The notes below the pieces were generated by a model. It did no database searches. It saw only the letters and a list, made by a program, of their open reading frames with translations, and had not been told where the DNA came from. DNA of 63,224 bases, the filler included, from Reticulomyxa filosa (taxonomy: Eukaryota; Protista; Foraminifera), in assembly GCA_000512085.1 (NCBI GenBank). It is 19 parts of 19 records of this genome, joined end to end, with 100 filler letters (N's around TTAATTAATTAA, not from the genome) between each part and the next. Parts side by side here need not be neighbours in the genome. Positions count along the whole stretch, not along the records: positions 38,338 to 41,522 come from ASPP01002099.1; positions 41,623 to 43,675 come from ASPP01009140.1; positions 43,776 to 46,797 come from ASPP01018374.1; positions 46,898 to 48,156 come from ASPP01041764.1; positions 48,257 to 50,894 come from ASPP01007487.1; positions 50,995 to 61,950 come from ASPP01004644.1; 13 more parts are not named here. One strand, written 5' to 3'. This document shows, one piece after another, positions 39,189 through 52,396 of this stretch; the stretch's first letter is position 1, and each line of letters begins with the position of its first letter. A program made the translations under genes and the position numbers.

Positions 39189-40411
39189 TTATTTCATTTT
39201 AATGTATTTGAAAATAATATTATAAAAATCATCAATCCATCCTAATTTTAGATCTAAAATTCGAATCCAATATTGATTAATAAATTTCATTTCATTTTTT
39301 GACTGTTTATTATTTATAATAAAATATATTTGTGATTTTATTAAAATAAATAAATAAAAATTATTACCAATTGTGAAGGATCTAATACACGAACTTTAGT
39401 CTTCATATGAGTTGATAATGTGATATTTTTATCATCTCTTCCTCCAATAATATGTATAAAATTATCTTCTTCATTTAGTATTGCAATACAATCACATAAT
39501 GGATTGGGTAAAGTACTTTGAAATGTCATCCATTTATTTTCTTCAATTAAATATTTATATATTGATTTTGAAATAATAATATCATCAAATTGACCATTCC
39601 ATCCACCAAAGAATAAGATTAAATCATTAATGTATACATATGCATAATATCTTAATAATGCAATATCATTGTAAACAGATAATTGATGAAATTGAAAAGT
39701 ATTATTATTTTCATTATATTCAATTGATAATCCTGTATATCTAGAAAACAATATCATTTGATAAGTTTGTTTATTTTTTTTAATCATTTCTTGTTTTTGT
39801 CCATTTTCTAATTTTGATATAAAGCAATGATAAGATATTACTTCATTAGTTGGTAAATCACAGTGTTTAATAAATTGAAATGTATTTAAATCAAATATAC
39901 TAATATTCTTTAATTGATAAGTTATAAATAACAAATGATTATTGCTTCCACTAATCACTGCACGCGCTCCATGATAATTATGATTTTCATCTCTTCCAAT
40001 AATAATTGGATGATTGTGATGGTCTGTGAAAGGAATCCATTGATTGAAATTATTTAATTTATTTAATTTATTTGATATATTACTCCAAACACTTACATAT
40101 TTCATTATTAATGTATGTCTCTTTCTAAATTTAGATCCACCAAAAGATAATAAAATGATCTCATTATCGTCTTTATTATTATTATTATTGTTGTTATCTA
40201 CTACTTTCACTACACAGTGACCAACTAAATAAAGATCACTTGGATAATCACAGATAAATTTATATTCATTTTTAAGTATATTATAAGAATAACAAGCTTT
40301 TTGTTCATAACCTCCACAAATAAGGAGTTCATGTTTGTTGTAGAACACACATTGAGATTCATCAAGTGGAGTAGGAAAATCCTTCAAAGTTTGAAAGAGT
40401 TCGTCGCTCAT
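39189..40411 (-). CDS. Kelch-like beta-propeller protein of an expanded family with C-terminal box exon
   Basis: LLICGG, LSFGG, LFFGGWNG and IHIIGG blades. GT-AG intron 39303-39367 adds SKNEMKFINQYWIRILDLKLGWIDDFYNIIFKYIKMK*. Confidence 0.88.
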
Positions 40412-41622
40412 GCTCTTAATATTTAAGGAATTATGAAGTAAGTTAGATTTTTTTAAAAGGGGAAGTATAATTTGACCATGAAAAAAATCATGATTATTTA
40501 TATTTTTAAAAGTGAAATTTTATCATTTATTATAATATGTTCTTGAGATATATATATATAATAACTAAACAATTTTATTGATAATCTCGCAAAAAAAAAC
40601 TATCTCCTTTTCACACTGAATTGTACATATTTAAAAATATATGATCTATCAATCCTTAAATACAAAATATCTTTTTATTGTTTTTGAAATAATTTTTTGA
40701 AAAAAAAGTGATTTTTTTTGTATCTTTGAAATTAAGATTGAATAAATTTGGGATGACCAAAGTTTTTTACATTACGACTCTACGTTTTCTTTATTTAACT
40801 TTTCTACTTTTGGAATATTCCTGACTTTGTGTCTTCATAATTGTGTCACATGAGCAATCCTCTTTTGAAGGATGCTTTGGATAATGTAGCAATTTATTTT
40901 ATTTTTTAAAGACTGATTTCATTATTGCACTTGTATCCTTTTATATTAAATATATATATATGTTTTTGAGCAAGTCACGATATAGTCCATATCAATTTCA
41001 CAATTACAACCAATTCTTGATCATATGCTTCTACAATCTATTTATTATAACATAATCTTTTCTTGCGTTGATGACATAAAGATAAAAATATGCTCAAGTC
41101 ACAAATTCTAAGAATTAGTGAATAATTTTATAACTAATAACACTTGCAATGACTTATTACAAAATTGGTTATACACATTGTTGCAAATTTACAATGATTT
41201 TGTAATTACTGTGATGTAACAATAACTTAATCAAATAATTTTTAATCCAAATAATATGATTAAATGTCTTATTCTTTCGCAATGTCAAAATCAAGAAAGA
41301 AGATATTCCAAATGCAATCATGTTCAGATATTGTATATGTTGGACAAATTAAATATATTCGAAGTCGTTTCGTGTATTCGTTATTCTCAAACATACATTT
41401 CTAATCTTCTGGTTCTATCATTATTGTTAATTTTAGCGATTGACACAAGTATGAGACAATATTTGTTCTTCTGATTTTTTTTTGGATGGGTTTGCATGGG
41501 GGCGTGTCAAGCGTCGGACTAGNNNNNNNNNNNNNNNNNNNNNNNNNNNNNNNNNNNNNNNNNNNNTTAATTAATTAANNNNNNNNNNNNNNNNNNNNNN
41601 NNNNNNNNNNNNNNNNNNNNNN

Positions 41623-43638
41623 CAACAACAACAACAACAACAACAATGGGTGTTGGAAAGTCTTCATTAGATAACAAATTCGTGGCCGGATTTAGCTCTG
41701 AAACAAGCAGTGTTTCGCTGAGCAGTAGTCCTTGCCATTCACACATGTGCACGAATGGCAATATGCGTGTTCGAAGTAAGGCGGCCTTTGGCATTTTGGA
41801 AAATGTGTACAGCAGCAGTGTCAGCGAGTGGACACGTTGCGAAATATTGACATGCATTTTAAAAATCATGCATCAGGCCACTAACGTGCAGTTCATTTTA
41901 GACCTTCACGCCATTGCGCCATTGTTACTGCGAATGCCCGCTGTCGGCCAAGAAGAGTGTAAGAAGGTCGTATCGATCTTGGAGTTTGTCCTCCAACATG
42001 CGACTGCAGACGAGCCCCCATTGGGCGAATTGAGTGCACTCAAGCAATTACTACGAGACGCCAAGACAAAGACATGACACAATTGGTCTTGCAAACCATT
42101 CACAAAATCGTGGTTGAAAAGCCATTTTACAAAGGCGCACTTCGCATCACTGGGGTCGTCGATGTTTTGATGGACCACATTATTGCCCTCTCCAAACACC
42201 TGCGTATTGAAAAGATCACCTCTCCTGATATTCCACCATTGCAACCCAGCGAATCGATACACACGTCTGTGTCTATTTCCAGCCACTCCTCTGCGCAAAC
42301 AAAAGAGGGCATTTCATTGACCGACCCGACCGATACTGCATTCCCCTTCAATAGTCTTCATTTATCTCGAACCATGGGACCACTACAGAACGCAAGCAGT
42401 CAGCCATTCCATTTGCTGCAAAATGATGCCGCTTTGCACAATGATTCTTGTCGCTCTATCGTGTCTTCCCATTTGATCAATCCATTGAAACAAGTACGTG
42501 TTTGTGTGCACCCGTTTTTTGTTTATTGCAAACAAAAACAAAACAAACAAATAAATATAAAAAAAGGAAGCAATGACGGCACTGTTTGAAGATCAGGACT
42601 TGTACGTCTTGGCGATGAATACTTTGTTGCATTTACTCAAAGACGACAATGAAAATGGCAAAGTTAATATATATGTATATGTACATATATATATTTTTGT
42701 TTACATTTGTTATCTCTTGTTCATCATATACATACACGATGATTGGTGGGTGGGAATTGTAAAAGTTGTTTCGACACAAGCGTTGCAACTTTGCCGTATT
42801 TGGGCTACTAAAATCTTATGCACACGTGGAAGCGGCAGCGGAAGTGATAAGCAATCAAGTGGACGAAGAGTCGGTAAGCGACTTGTTATCTGCGTTAAGC
42901 GGGGAAAAAGAGTCGTATGAATATCGCATGCGCTTATTGGAAGCATTGCAACAGATGATGAATAAATCAAACGGCGCGGCGGCCATCCATATCAAAAACT
43001 CTTGGCATAAACTAAGTGGATTCACTGCCATACTCAGCTTATTTGCGTCATTCAATTGTCTGTGGCCAAACTGCAATGATGAAACGTCCCAATTGGCCAT
43101 GAATTTGATCGAAAAAGCATTCGTTGTTATCATTTCAATTGTCAAAGATTATCCGAAAAACCGCGCGAATTTGTGGTACTCTTGGAACAACATTGCTGAC
43201 GCAATCATTGCCACGCGAGTATTGGAGTCTTCGCATTGCCAGAGAATGTTTCAAATCTTGTTTGATTTGGCTATGGAACAACAGCGTTGTGATGGCCATG
43301 AACAACAGTATTGCATCTTCGTTTCAAAGACAGGCAGCACCTCGCCTTCCAAATTCCAAAGGGAAGCAAGCATTTGGAACAGTGTCACCAAAACAAGACA
43401 TAACCCATCGCAAGAGTCAGAGTCGTTCTTTCTTAAAAATCCCGAGGCCATTTTGATTATTTTGAAAATAGCAAGTGTCTGTCAGGAGCCATTGCAATTG
43501 CAAATTTTTGAAAAACTGCTATCTTTGATTAATCTGCACGTGGTGGATTGTAATGGAACGAAGCAATTCTTACTTCGAAATAAGCAGCTATTGGTCGATG
43601 TATGTATTAGAATTTATTTTGTCTCTTGGTCTTATTTA

Positions 43639-43675
<37 letters not shown>
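41623..43675 (+). CDS. ARM-like region of a BEACH-domain protein (LvsA/WDFY3-like), partial
   Basis: Helical ORFs with FYKGALRITGVVDVL, SWHKLSGFTAILSL and LKNPEAILIIL. One-base frameshift near 42065. The BEACH domain itself is not in the contig. Confidence 0.55.
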
Positions 43676-43836
43676 NNNNNNNNNNNNNNNNNNNNNNNNN
43701 NNNNNNNNNNNNNNNNNNNTTAATTAATTAANNNNNNNNNNNNNNNNNNNNNNNNNNNNNNNNNNNNNNNNNNNNAATAATAATATATATATATATATAT
43801 ATATGTATATGTATGTATATGTACATATATACATAG

Positions 43837-44484
43837 CTTGAAAATACACCTGAGTCAGCCACGATTCGTGGAGAACTTCGGGTGGCTCGCCAACATGGAT
43901 TGTTTGGACTGATGCGTGGATTTCATATCACTGTGCTGAGAGATGCGCCTGCGTTTGCAATCTATTTTCCATTGTATGCGTTTGTGATTCACCATTTCGA
44001 TCCTCATCACCAAACCACTTGGATCCCATTCATGGGCGGCGGACTCGCGGGCTTGTTGTCGTGGTACGCCGTCTATCCCATCGATGTGATGAAGACGCAG
44101 TATCAGGCGAGGCAAAATCACTATCGTGTCGGCCTTTGGCATGGCATTCGCTCTCAGCTTCGTGAGCGAGGTGTTTATTCGTTTTACCAGGGAGTGGGTG
44201 CTACTATGTTGGTATGTATATGTGTGTCCATTCTTTTGTTCCCCCCTTTTTTTTTTTTTTTGATATCAATCAAAAAAAAAATAAATTTTTTTTTTGCTAT
44301 TATTAATTCAATTGATAGTTTATTGTAACAGTAAAGAAAAAACAACAAAGACGGGGGACAACACAACTAATATTTAATATAGAGAGCGTTTCCACAACAC
44401 GCACTTGTCTTCATCTCATTTGAGTGGATTAAACAGCAATTGGAAAATATGAACAAAGATACCGGGTCAACTTCCGATCATTAG
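43837..44484 (+). CDS. Mitochondrial carrier (SLC25, carnitine/basic amino acid carrier-like), C-terminal part
   Basis: RDAPAFAIYF and P-x-D-x-x-K signature (YPIDVMKT). Intron 44212-44382 joins ATML to RAFP. Confidence 0.9.
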
Positions 44485-45261
44485 AGTAAGTATTTAATAT
44501 TCATTAACAAATGCTTTCCAATCTCTACTCTCTACTACTTAAACATCGATTTGAAATTGCGCAAAAAAAAAAACAAAAAAAATCAAAAGGAAGAGATGTC
44601 TTGGTATTTACCCAATCCTTTAAATATGACAAGCAAAAAAGAAAAAAAAAGGGGGAGAGAGCATTCACACCTTGTTTATTATAAGAATGCCCTCGAAGTT
44701 TGTAATTTGTTGTATGGTTTCATTTCGGGTGTTTTTTCAAAGAGGGCTGTCTCATAAACAGTTTTCATAATGTCTCCAATCAAGGGTCATCATGCAAAAC
44801 TTGATAATACAAGTTAAAACGTGATTTAACTTAAATTCAGCTAATTGTTGTTTTTTCTTTTTTTTTCCTTTTGTTTGTTGGCCACATCTTTTTTTTTTGT
44901 TGCTTTCACTTCCGTCTGTTATATTGAAAATGGGGTTTCTTTTTTCTAATTATTTTATCTCAATATCAAAATACAGACAAAATATTCCAAAAAATATCAA
45001 TACAACCAAGCCTTTTTTTTTAGCCAATAAAAAAAACTTTTCAAAGTTTGTGTAAAGAACATTTGAACTAAAAAAATAATAAGTAATCTTACTTTTTATT
45101 ATTTCCATTATTTCAAATTGCTTTCCAATAAGGATATCCTCCATTCGTCAAACCATATTCAATTTTTTTAAATTTCTCTTTTGGACATCGAAAGCAGTCA
45201 AGTTTTTTTTAAAGAGACGAGACGGGGAAAAGTAAAAGTCGAAATAAATCAAGAATTTAAC

Positions 45262-46019
45262 ATGGCCACACAATCCCGCATAAAAAAAAGAGTAAAAAGT
45301 GAAGTAGATGATGAAGAAGCAAAATTGAAAGAGACAATAAAACGTGAAAAAGACGATAGCTCAGAAGACGAGCCAGAAGAGAGTAAAAAGAACAAGAAAA
45401 AGAAGGGTGCCGTCTCATTGGAGCCCGAATCAAAGCGAGTGAGATTTGACGAAAACGTGAGCAACGAAAGTACATTTCATCGTTTTCAAAAGTACGCGGA
45501 AAATGCAATTGAATTTCCTCGCGTCGATTCATTAGTCTCACTCCGTGTCGGACACGACAGTGCATTCGCAAGTGTTTGCGCGAATAACAAAAACGCCAGT
45601 CTCAATAATCAAGACAAGCCATATCTTGTCCTCTTCGATGCCCCACTGGACTTTGATTTCAAAGTTTTAGACAAATGTCAGTTGCAATTATCCTCCACTT
45701 CCAAAGTTGGAAGCAAGGTTACGTTATTATTATTGCAGTTTTTTTTAATCTTAAAAAAAAAACATTGACATGACGGCAATTCGCATCTCAAAAAAAAAAA
45801 AAAAAACGGTAAAACCAAATAAGAGTCGCTTCAGCTTCTGGTGGGGAAGTGTCGAAGTATGTAGTGATGGAAATGAGCAGTGCTAATTGCCCTGTTGTCA
45901 ATTTGTTCCCGGTAGAAAATGAGTTGAAAGCAGGGACACCCTTTCGTCGCAGATTTCAATTGTTTAATGATATTTCCATTCAAAAAGAAAAAGATGAAAA
46001 GAAAGCCAATGCCAAATAA
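45262..46019 (+). CDS. K/E-rich nuclear protein, possibly RNA polymerase I subunit A34-like
   Basis: Two exons. LVLFDAPLDFDFKVLD...L and NLFP...GTPFRRRFQL resemble RPA34 dimerisation-module motifs. Confidence 0.45.
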
Positions 46020-47644
46020 GGCAAAAGTGCTAAAAAGGAAACGCAAAATATAGACAAACAATAACAATTCTCTCCCTTTCTCTTCCTTCTCCTCTTCATT
46101 TCATTCGGCTAAATTATGCACTCAGATCTTTTCGTAAAATTCATTTGAAACTTGACACGATACAAAAGTGCTTACACAACCCTCTCTTTTGTTGTTCTTG
46201 ACACTTTTTGCTTTGGAAGTGGAAGAATTTGGCTGAAGAAATGCTGCAGTATATTATTAATAGAATGTGTTGATTTCTTTTTGTGAGTTTATTCGATTTA
46301 AAAACATCTTTTATTTTGTTTTATGTATGAAATTATGCAAAATAAAAATTGATTGGAAATTCTCAATCTTTAACTCTATAAAAAAATGCACGATTTTTTT
46401 GATAACTGTTGATGTATTTGTATGTCATCCATAAAACATTTTTTCAATGCATCTTGCTGATCAAACAATGCTAAAACTAATATCTGATATAAATTTATTG
46501 CAAAATAAAAATTATTCTTCAAGCAAGAAACATTTGATTATTTTTTTAAAAAAAGTGTAATGCATGTGATCAGATCCGGGGGTATAATTAGATTTTAAAT
46601 TGAGATTTTTTGGTGAAAATACACCCAATTATAGCCCAAGTCAAGGGCATCTCTTTTATATATTTTTATTTTTTTCATATTTATCGTAATGGACTGGCTA
46701 CAGAAAATGGTTTGGGTATTTATACCCTTTTGATTTCACATGTATTACACTTCTTTTTTTGAAAAATTTGTTTTGATATTGAAATTGTTTGATAAACNNN
46801 NNNNNNNNNNNNNNNNNNNNNNNNNNNNNNNNNNNNNNNNNTTAATTAATTAANNNNNNNNNNNNNNNNNNNNNNNNNNNNNNNNNNNNNNNNNNNNTAT
46901 AAAAATTAAAACTTTACAAAATATGTATATGGATAAATGTTCTTTTCAAATATTTATCGATTTTGCGTTGACATGTTTAGGATAAATAATCCTTATGTCC
47001 TTATTGTTAAAACGCAATTGAATACTGTAAAACTGGTTAAATGTCTTATGAAAAAGTTTCATATATTGAAAATCGACAATGCAAGCAACCACAAATTTCA
47101 AATTATAGGCTGTTGATCAAATCTTTGTTCGTGATTAGCATCAAAAACACGATCGCATTCCATAAAAATTTTTTAAATGTTTGGTTATTGCTAATGTATT
47201 GATACATGAGCCATAACTGACTCCAGAGTTGTAATAACTCAACTCATAAAATAAAACATTCTTTTTTATCCTCAATTTTCTTGTACGTTTTAGTTTAGCT
47301 GAGCTCTCTTTCTTGCATCTCTCTACACTAATCTCTTTGAATAATAGCTCTTATTATTTTTTCAAATCTTTCAAGCTCAAGTCTTTAAAAACGTCAGACT
47401 GTATTTACTTAAATTATGCAATAAAAAATAAATTCCTTACCACATAAATAGAAATTATTTAAACAGAAAATGTTTTTGAAAAAAGATTGAGCAAAATTGA
47501 TTTTTTATTGAAAAAAATCAATATTAAATTGCTTTGCGCTCCACTCATTATTCAAGTTGATTAAGATAATATCAAATAAAGAACTAAAAACTAAGTTAAC
47601 TGGGTTAACTCTCAAGCAAGAAATAACCTTCAAGAGAGGCGAAC

Positions 47645-48156
47645 ATGGAAGATGAAAAAAATGAGAAGAAAGCCATGGAAAAGAAAGAAATTGTGTTGAT
47701 TACGACGGGATCTTCCACAGTAAAGGCATTTTTGAAGGTGTTGTCCACTTCTTCCAAAGAGACAGTACCAACTAAACAGATCCCTCCAATGAAACAATAA
47801 AAACAACCACATTTAAATAGTGCGGAGCAAAATTTGAACTTAATAAAAATGATGATGAATGGGAACGATTGGATTGTGAGACTGGCGATGAAATGGAATG
47901 CACATATTCAATAGATCAAAGCAATGCAGTAACAGTAAAAGAAATGAAAGTTCCAAAATTTTATTCTGAAAGCGTGAATGTATCAAACAAGGAATCAACA
48001 GTAGAGGTGGTCCCTCTTTCTGCTTATCCAAATGAAAAGCGTGAAAAAGTATATATTTACATAACTTATAATTTTGGAGTCGTTTTTTTTATGCGTCAGT
48101 TTAAAGAGCAACATATTGGTGATTATTTAATAATAGGTGATATTATGGAAAGCAGG
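47645..48156 (+). pseudogene. Disrupted hypothetical gene
   Basis: MEDEKNEKK... frame hits TAA at ~47797, then frameshifts into ORF 47869. Confidence 0.4.
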
Positions 48157-48299
48157 NNNNNNNNNNNNNNNNNNNNNNNNNNNNNNNNNNNNNNNNNNNN
48201 TTAATTAATTAANNNNNNNNNNNNNNNNNNNNNNNNNNNNNNNNNNNNNNNNNNNNAAGAGAGGATAAAAATAATAAAAAATAAAAAATGTTGGAAACA

Positions 48300-48885
48300 A
48301 ACGCTCGGCTAAATCGTGATGCCCTCCTCTCATTACGGTCACGGGCTGGCTCAACAATCAACGGCGCTCCTGACAGACGGTGTCCGGCGGCTTTCTCAAT
48401 TGCTAACTCCGCCTCACTTGGGTGTCGGTACTCCACAAAACAAAAATTTACTTGCTGTCGTTTTTATTGTTTATTTTTATTGCTGTGTTTTGCTTGTCTT
48501 TCAAGAAAGAGGAGGGGAGGAGGGGAGAAGGGGGAGAGGGTAAGTCCCCCTTTTTGTTTTGGTTTCGACCAATTCACATTCTTTTTTTTATTTTAATTTA
48601 TTTGTTAAATTCTTTTTTTTTTTGTTTACAGTTGCGTATCGTGTATATGTGGGGTTTTGTATGTCGCTGTGTCTTTCAGTAAAAAACCGTAGCTTGTCCT
48701 CTGTCTTTGAAATCAAAATCCACAATTTGCCCTACACATTTATTATTTTTGTGTCTTTGCCATTCAGTTTTTATCCTTCTTTTTTCGTTAAAAAAGAAAG
48801 TACCATATTCCGCAAACAATTTTTGCACATCTCTTGGTCGAACTTTATGACTAATGTTGCCAATATACAAACGACAGCCTGGCAT
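48300..48885 (-). CDS. SR-family splicing factor, N-terminal RRM, 3' truncated
   Basis: RNP2 RLYIGNI, FAEYG, RNP1-like FCFVEY, AELAIEKAAGHRLSGAPLIVEPAR, then R/S-containing sequence. Two introns. Confidence 0.8.
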
Positions 48886-49524
48886 ATCTTTAATTATGCA
48901 CTTCTCACAGATTGAAAATTTTTTGAGTCTTCAATTATCTTAGTTGAAACATATACTGAACCTCTTTTTTCCTTTCAGCACGTAAACACACACGTACTGA
49001 TATTTTTTAAAAGAAAGATTAATTTACTGACACTTGTTCCAAACAAAAAATGTATACAATGGTTTAATAATGAACTGTCCCTGGACAATACATAACAGCG
49101 CTGCTTTGGTTTCATAAAATAAGTAAATCATCCAAAAAACATTGCACATCTGCTTTAGAGTTCAGCTTTTTGAATAACATTTATGCGTCTTTCCTTTTTT
49201 TGATTAAATTCTTATTTCCAATTTTACACTACGTGATCACTATACATTCCATCCGCATTTGATGAAGTAGAATGCAAAAGAAGTTCTAGTGTTACAAAAA
49301 AGCATACTTTTCTCAAGCAAAGCATAGACAACGACTATATAGTGACAATCATGCAATAATTCAACAATAAAGATAGCAATAATCATAGTGACAATAGCGC
49401 AGTGAGATAAATGGTACAAACGAAATTTGTATGGAATCAACGTCGTACGGCATGATAGCATGACTGAATCAAAAGCTACTTTTTTTAATTAAAATTTTCA
49501 AACAAAAACACTGTAATTTCTTAT

Positions 49525-50236
49525 TCACCAAATACGAATATGACCATTGATTGAACCATAGCACATATTGGTTCCATTATTTTTCAATCTAATAAATTTA
49601 ATGCAAGTGATTGCATCATCTTTTACATCTTCTGTAATTACAAATCATTTCTTATTTAATCGAATATACCAAAAACGAATTGAATTACCCAATGATCCAG
49701 AACAAATTAATTGATTATTACCAAATATTGTATAATCAATACTAAATACAATATCTGTATGCCCATTGAGCATTCTAATTAATTTAGATGACATAAACGT
49801 GTTTAGCATAAAATAAGTATATAACTATTTATAATTATTTTGAAAAAAAACATATTTATTTTCAAATAAAAAACAAAACAAATAACTTAACATACTTTGA
49901 AATTAAATTATTCAAATCATTTACACACCCAAATTTAACGCTGTACATCATAATCCAATAATGTACTATGATTCGGATATCTTCAATTGTCTATGCAAAA
50001 AAAAAAAAAACAAACTTAAAAATAAATTTTTAAAAATTTTTAAATAATTTAACAAATATTGACTTATCTTTATTATAAGGCTCTGCTTAATATTTTTCTG
50101 CCTTTGAATTTTGCATACAACCTACAAGTTTTGACTGCGAGATCGGAAAGATGTAGTCTTGCGCTGGCAAGTAAAAACTTTCCACACTTGGGGTAGTGTT
50201 GGAAGTATATGTTTTGACGATTTTTGCGAGATCCAT
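49525..50236 (-). pseudogene. WD40 family pseudogene with box exon and near-total internal deletion
   Basis: Exon 49892-49990 reads TIEDIRIIVHYW...KFGCVNDLNNLISKY. Repeat 1 then runs straight into the terminal repeat. Contains stops. Confidence 0.75.
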
Positions 50237-51014
50237 TCCTTTTTCCTTTGGTTGATAAAGAAAAAACTATTTTTTGTAGATCCCCTACTTTGGATGAACT
50301 TTTCTCTATTCATTTTTTTTTTTGCCAGTGAAATATCATATACAATGCTTTGTTATTAAACTGTATGTTTTGTTGTATTTTTTCTGAAACAAGTATTGAT
50401 ATTTTTAATATTTTTGTTTCCTTTTATTTCTCAAAAAACTGGATCTCATCCAAGCAAAGTTAATGTTGATCGATTTAGTCTACATTTATTATACAAAAAA
50501 CTTTGCTGATGAATATATTTCACTGTTTCTTATACAAGAAAATATAACATTGCATACTTCATCTCCAATAGTTGATAAATAATTATTTGGATTTCTTCTT
50601 CTGGCTATTTCAAGTAAAATAAAGAGTAAAAACTTAAAGACAAGCTGTGTTCAACTTTGATTAATAAGTTTAAGTTCATTATTGTAACTTTTTTTGTTAT
50701 GTTTATAATTTTCTAATTTTATTTTTATGGAATTAATAAGATAAAAAAAATTGGATTACTCTTTTGAAAAGGATAGCATACATAAACTTGGAAAGTGTTC
50801 AATACGATGTTCAAAACAACTTTTAAGACATAGTCAATTCAAACCTTATTTATTAAAAAGAATATATATTGATATTAAATATATTTTTATTTCANNNNNN
50901 NNNNNNNNNNNNNNNNNNNNNNNNNNNNNNNNNNNNNNTTAATTAATTAANNNNNNNNNNNNNNNNNNNNNNNNNNNNNNNNNNNNNNNNNNNNAAAAAA
51001 AAGAGCAAAGCAAT

Positions 51015-52396
51015 ATGCTAACAGCGACAATGAAAAGCAATGAAACAAAAGGATGGAATGAGGGCTATGCTCAGACAATGAAATATCCGAGCAATCGAAA
51101 CAATGGCAATGGAACACGTGCTTGTGCCGGATTGACATGTCCGTCGGATACGTGTGAGCTTGGCAAGCGAACGCTGTCAAACCCATCCAGTCCTCAAAAA
51201 GTACTCCCTGTTAAGCGATTGCGTCCGTTGTCTTCCAAGTATCACAACATGTACCAAATTCGAGGACAAGATGCCGACTATCCCATCGAACTTGGGCCGC
51301 ATTCTTTGTCGCCGCTTCGACAACCGCTCGCAACTGCGACAGGAGAACCACCTGCGGCTATGAAGACCCCACCTTCTCATCCCGTGTTCGATAACAAACG
51401 ATCTCATTCTCTAAATATCCGATCCGGGGCTTCCTCCAGTAATACCAGCCATTCCAAAGTGTATGCACCTGCCCCTAGTACACTCACAAACTTGGAATTT
51501 CCTTGGAAAATTCCAAGCCCACTATTGTCGAGGTAATGCTACCCTCTTTTCTCTTTGCTCCTTTTCGTTTGTAATGTAATGTGCTTTGCATTACCCCCTT
51601 CTCCGTCTCTTTCTGAAATAAATAAAAATAGAATGGAAGCCAGCAGTCAATAGCATTGCTCTCGCCTCAAAGTAAAACGCTAAAGCCAAGTGATGCGTTG
51701 GTGGACTCAAGTATGAGCCAGTTTGTGACGCAGCATTCATTGGACGATCACAAGTATTTGTTAAGCAATGGATTCCAGTTGGCCAAGGAAATGCCTTCCA
51801 ATGACAAAATGCCCCATTCTTCAAATTACACAAGCGGTCGAAAGAGTCGATCCATGTCGCATCATAGTATCGCTCCCCACGCAAAAACAACAACAACAAT
51901 AATAACAACAATAACAACAGTCTTCCCAAAGAAGAAGAGACTTGTTACGACGACCAGCCTCAATACACAACTGTCAATAACAATGCATCCCAATTTAAAC
52001 ATCCAAGACAACCACCTCAACTCATTCAAGCTATTAAAAAGCCCAAAGAAAAGGAAAAGGAAAGGAAAAGAAAAGAAAAGAAAGTAAGATAAATGCGAAT
52101 GAAAAGAAGTGGAAAGAAGAAAGAAAGTGGATGAGATGGAGCCACTCTTTGAACAAGAAGAGAGCCACATAAGAGATGGGATGACTTCGATTTCAAACAG
52201 TCGCAGGCGTCGCATTCGAAGACAAAGCTGTGCCGGACAAGAGCGCAATCAGATTTTTCTGCATTCCAATGCGACTGCCATTATTCCCATTTTAAAGCCT
52301 AATCCCAGATGCAAAGCCTTTGAAAAGTCACAAACCCCAAAGTTTGAAACCTCTTCGGCTGCATTTCATAATCCTTTCGTCCAGAATCATTTATAA
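51015..52396 (+). CDS. Low-complexity S/P/T-rich hypothetical protein, multi-exon
   Basis: ORFs 51015-51536, 51656-52087 and 52109-52396 are collinear and relatively GC-rich. Confidence 0.5.

Noticed and set aside
42060-42080. Frameshift in the BEACH-like gene as programmed frameshifting
   Set aside because: Adding one A to a short A-run restores AKDKDMTQ. A homopolymer sequencing error is simpler.
14268-50236. Frequent in-frame stops as a sign of an alternative genetic code
   Set aside because: Conserved genes (HECT, GH47, K2P) read through in the standard code. The stops co-occur with frameshifts in pseudogenes.
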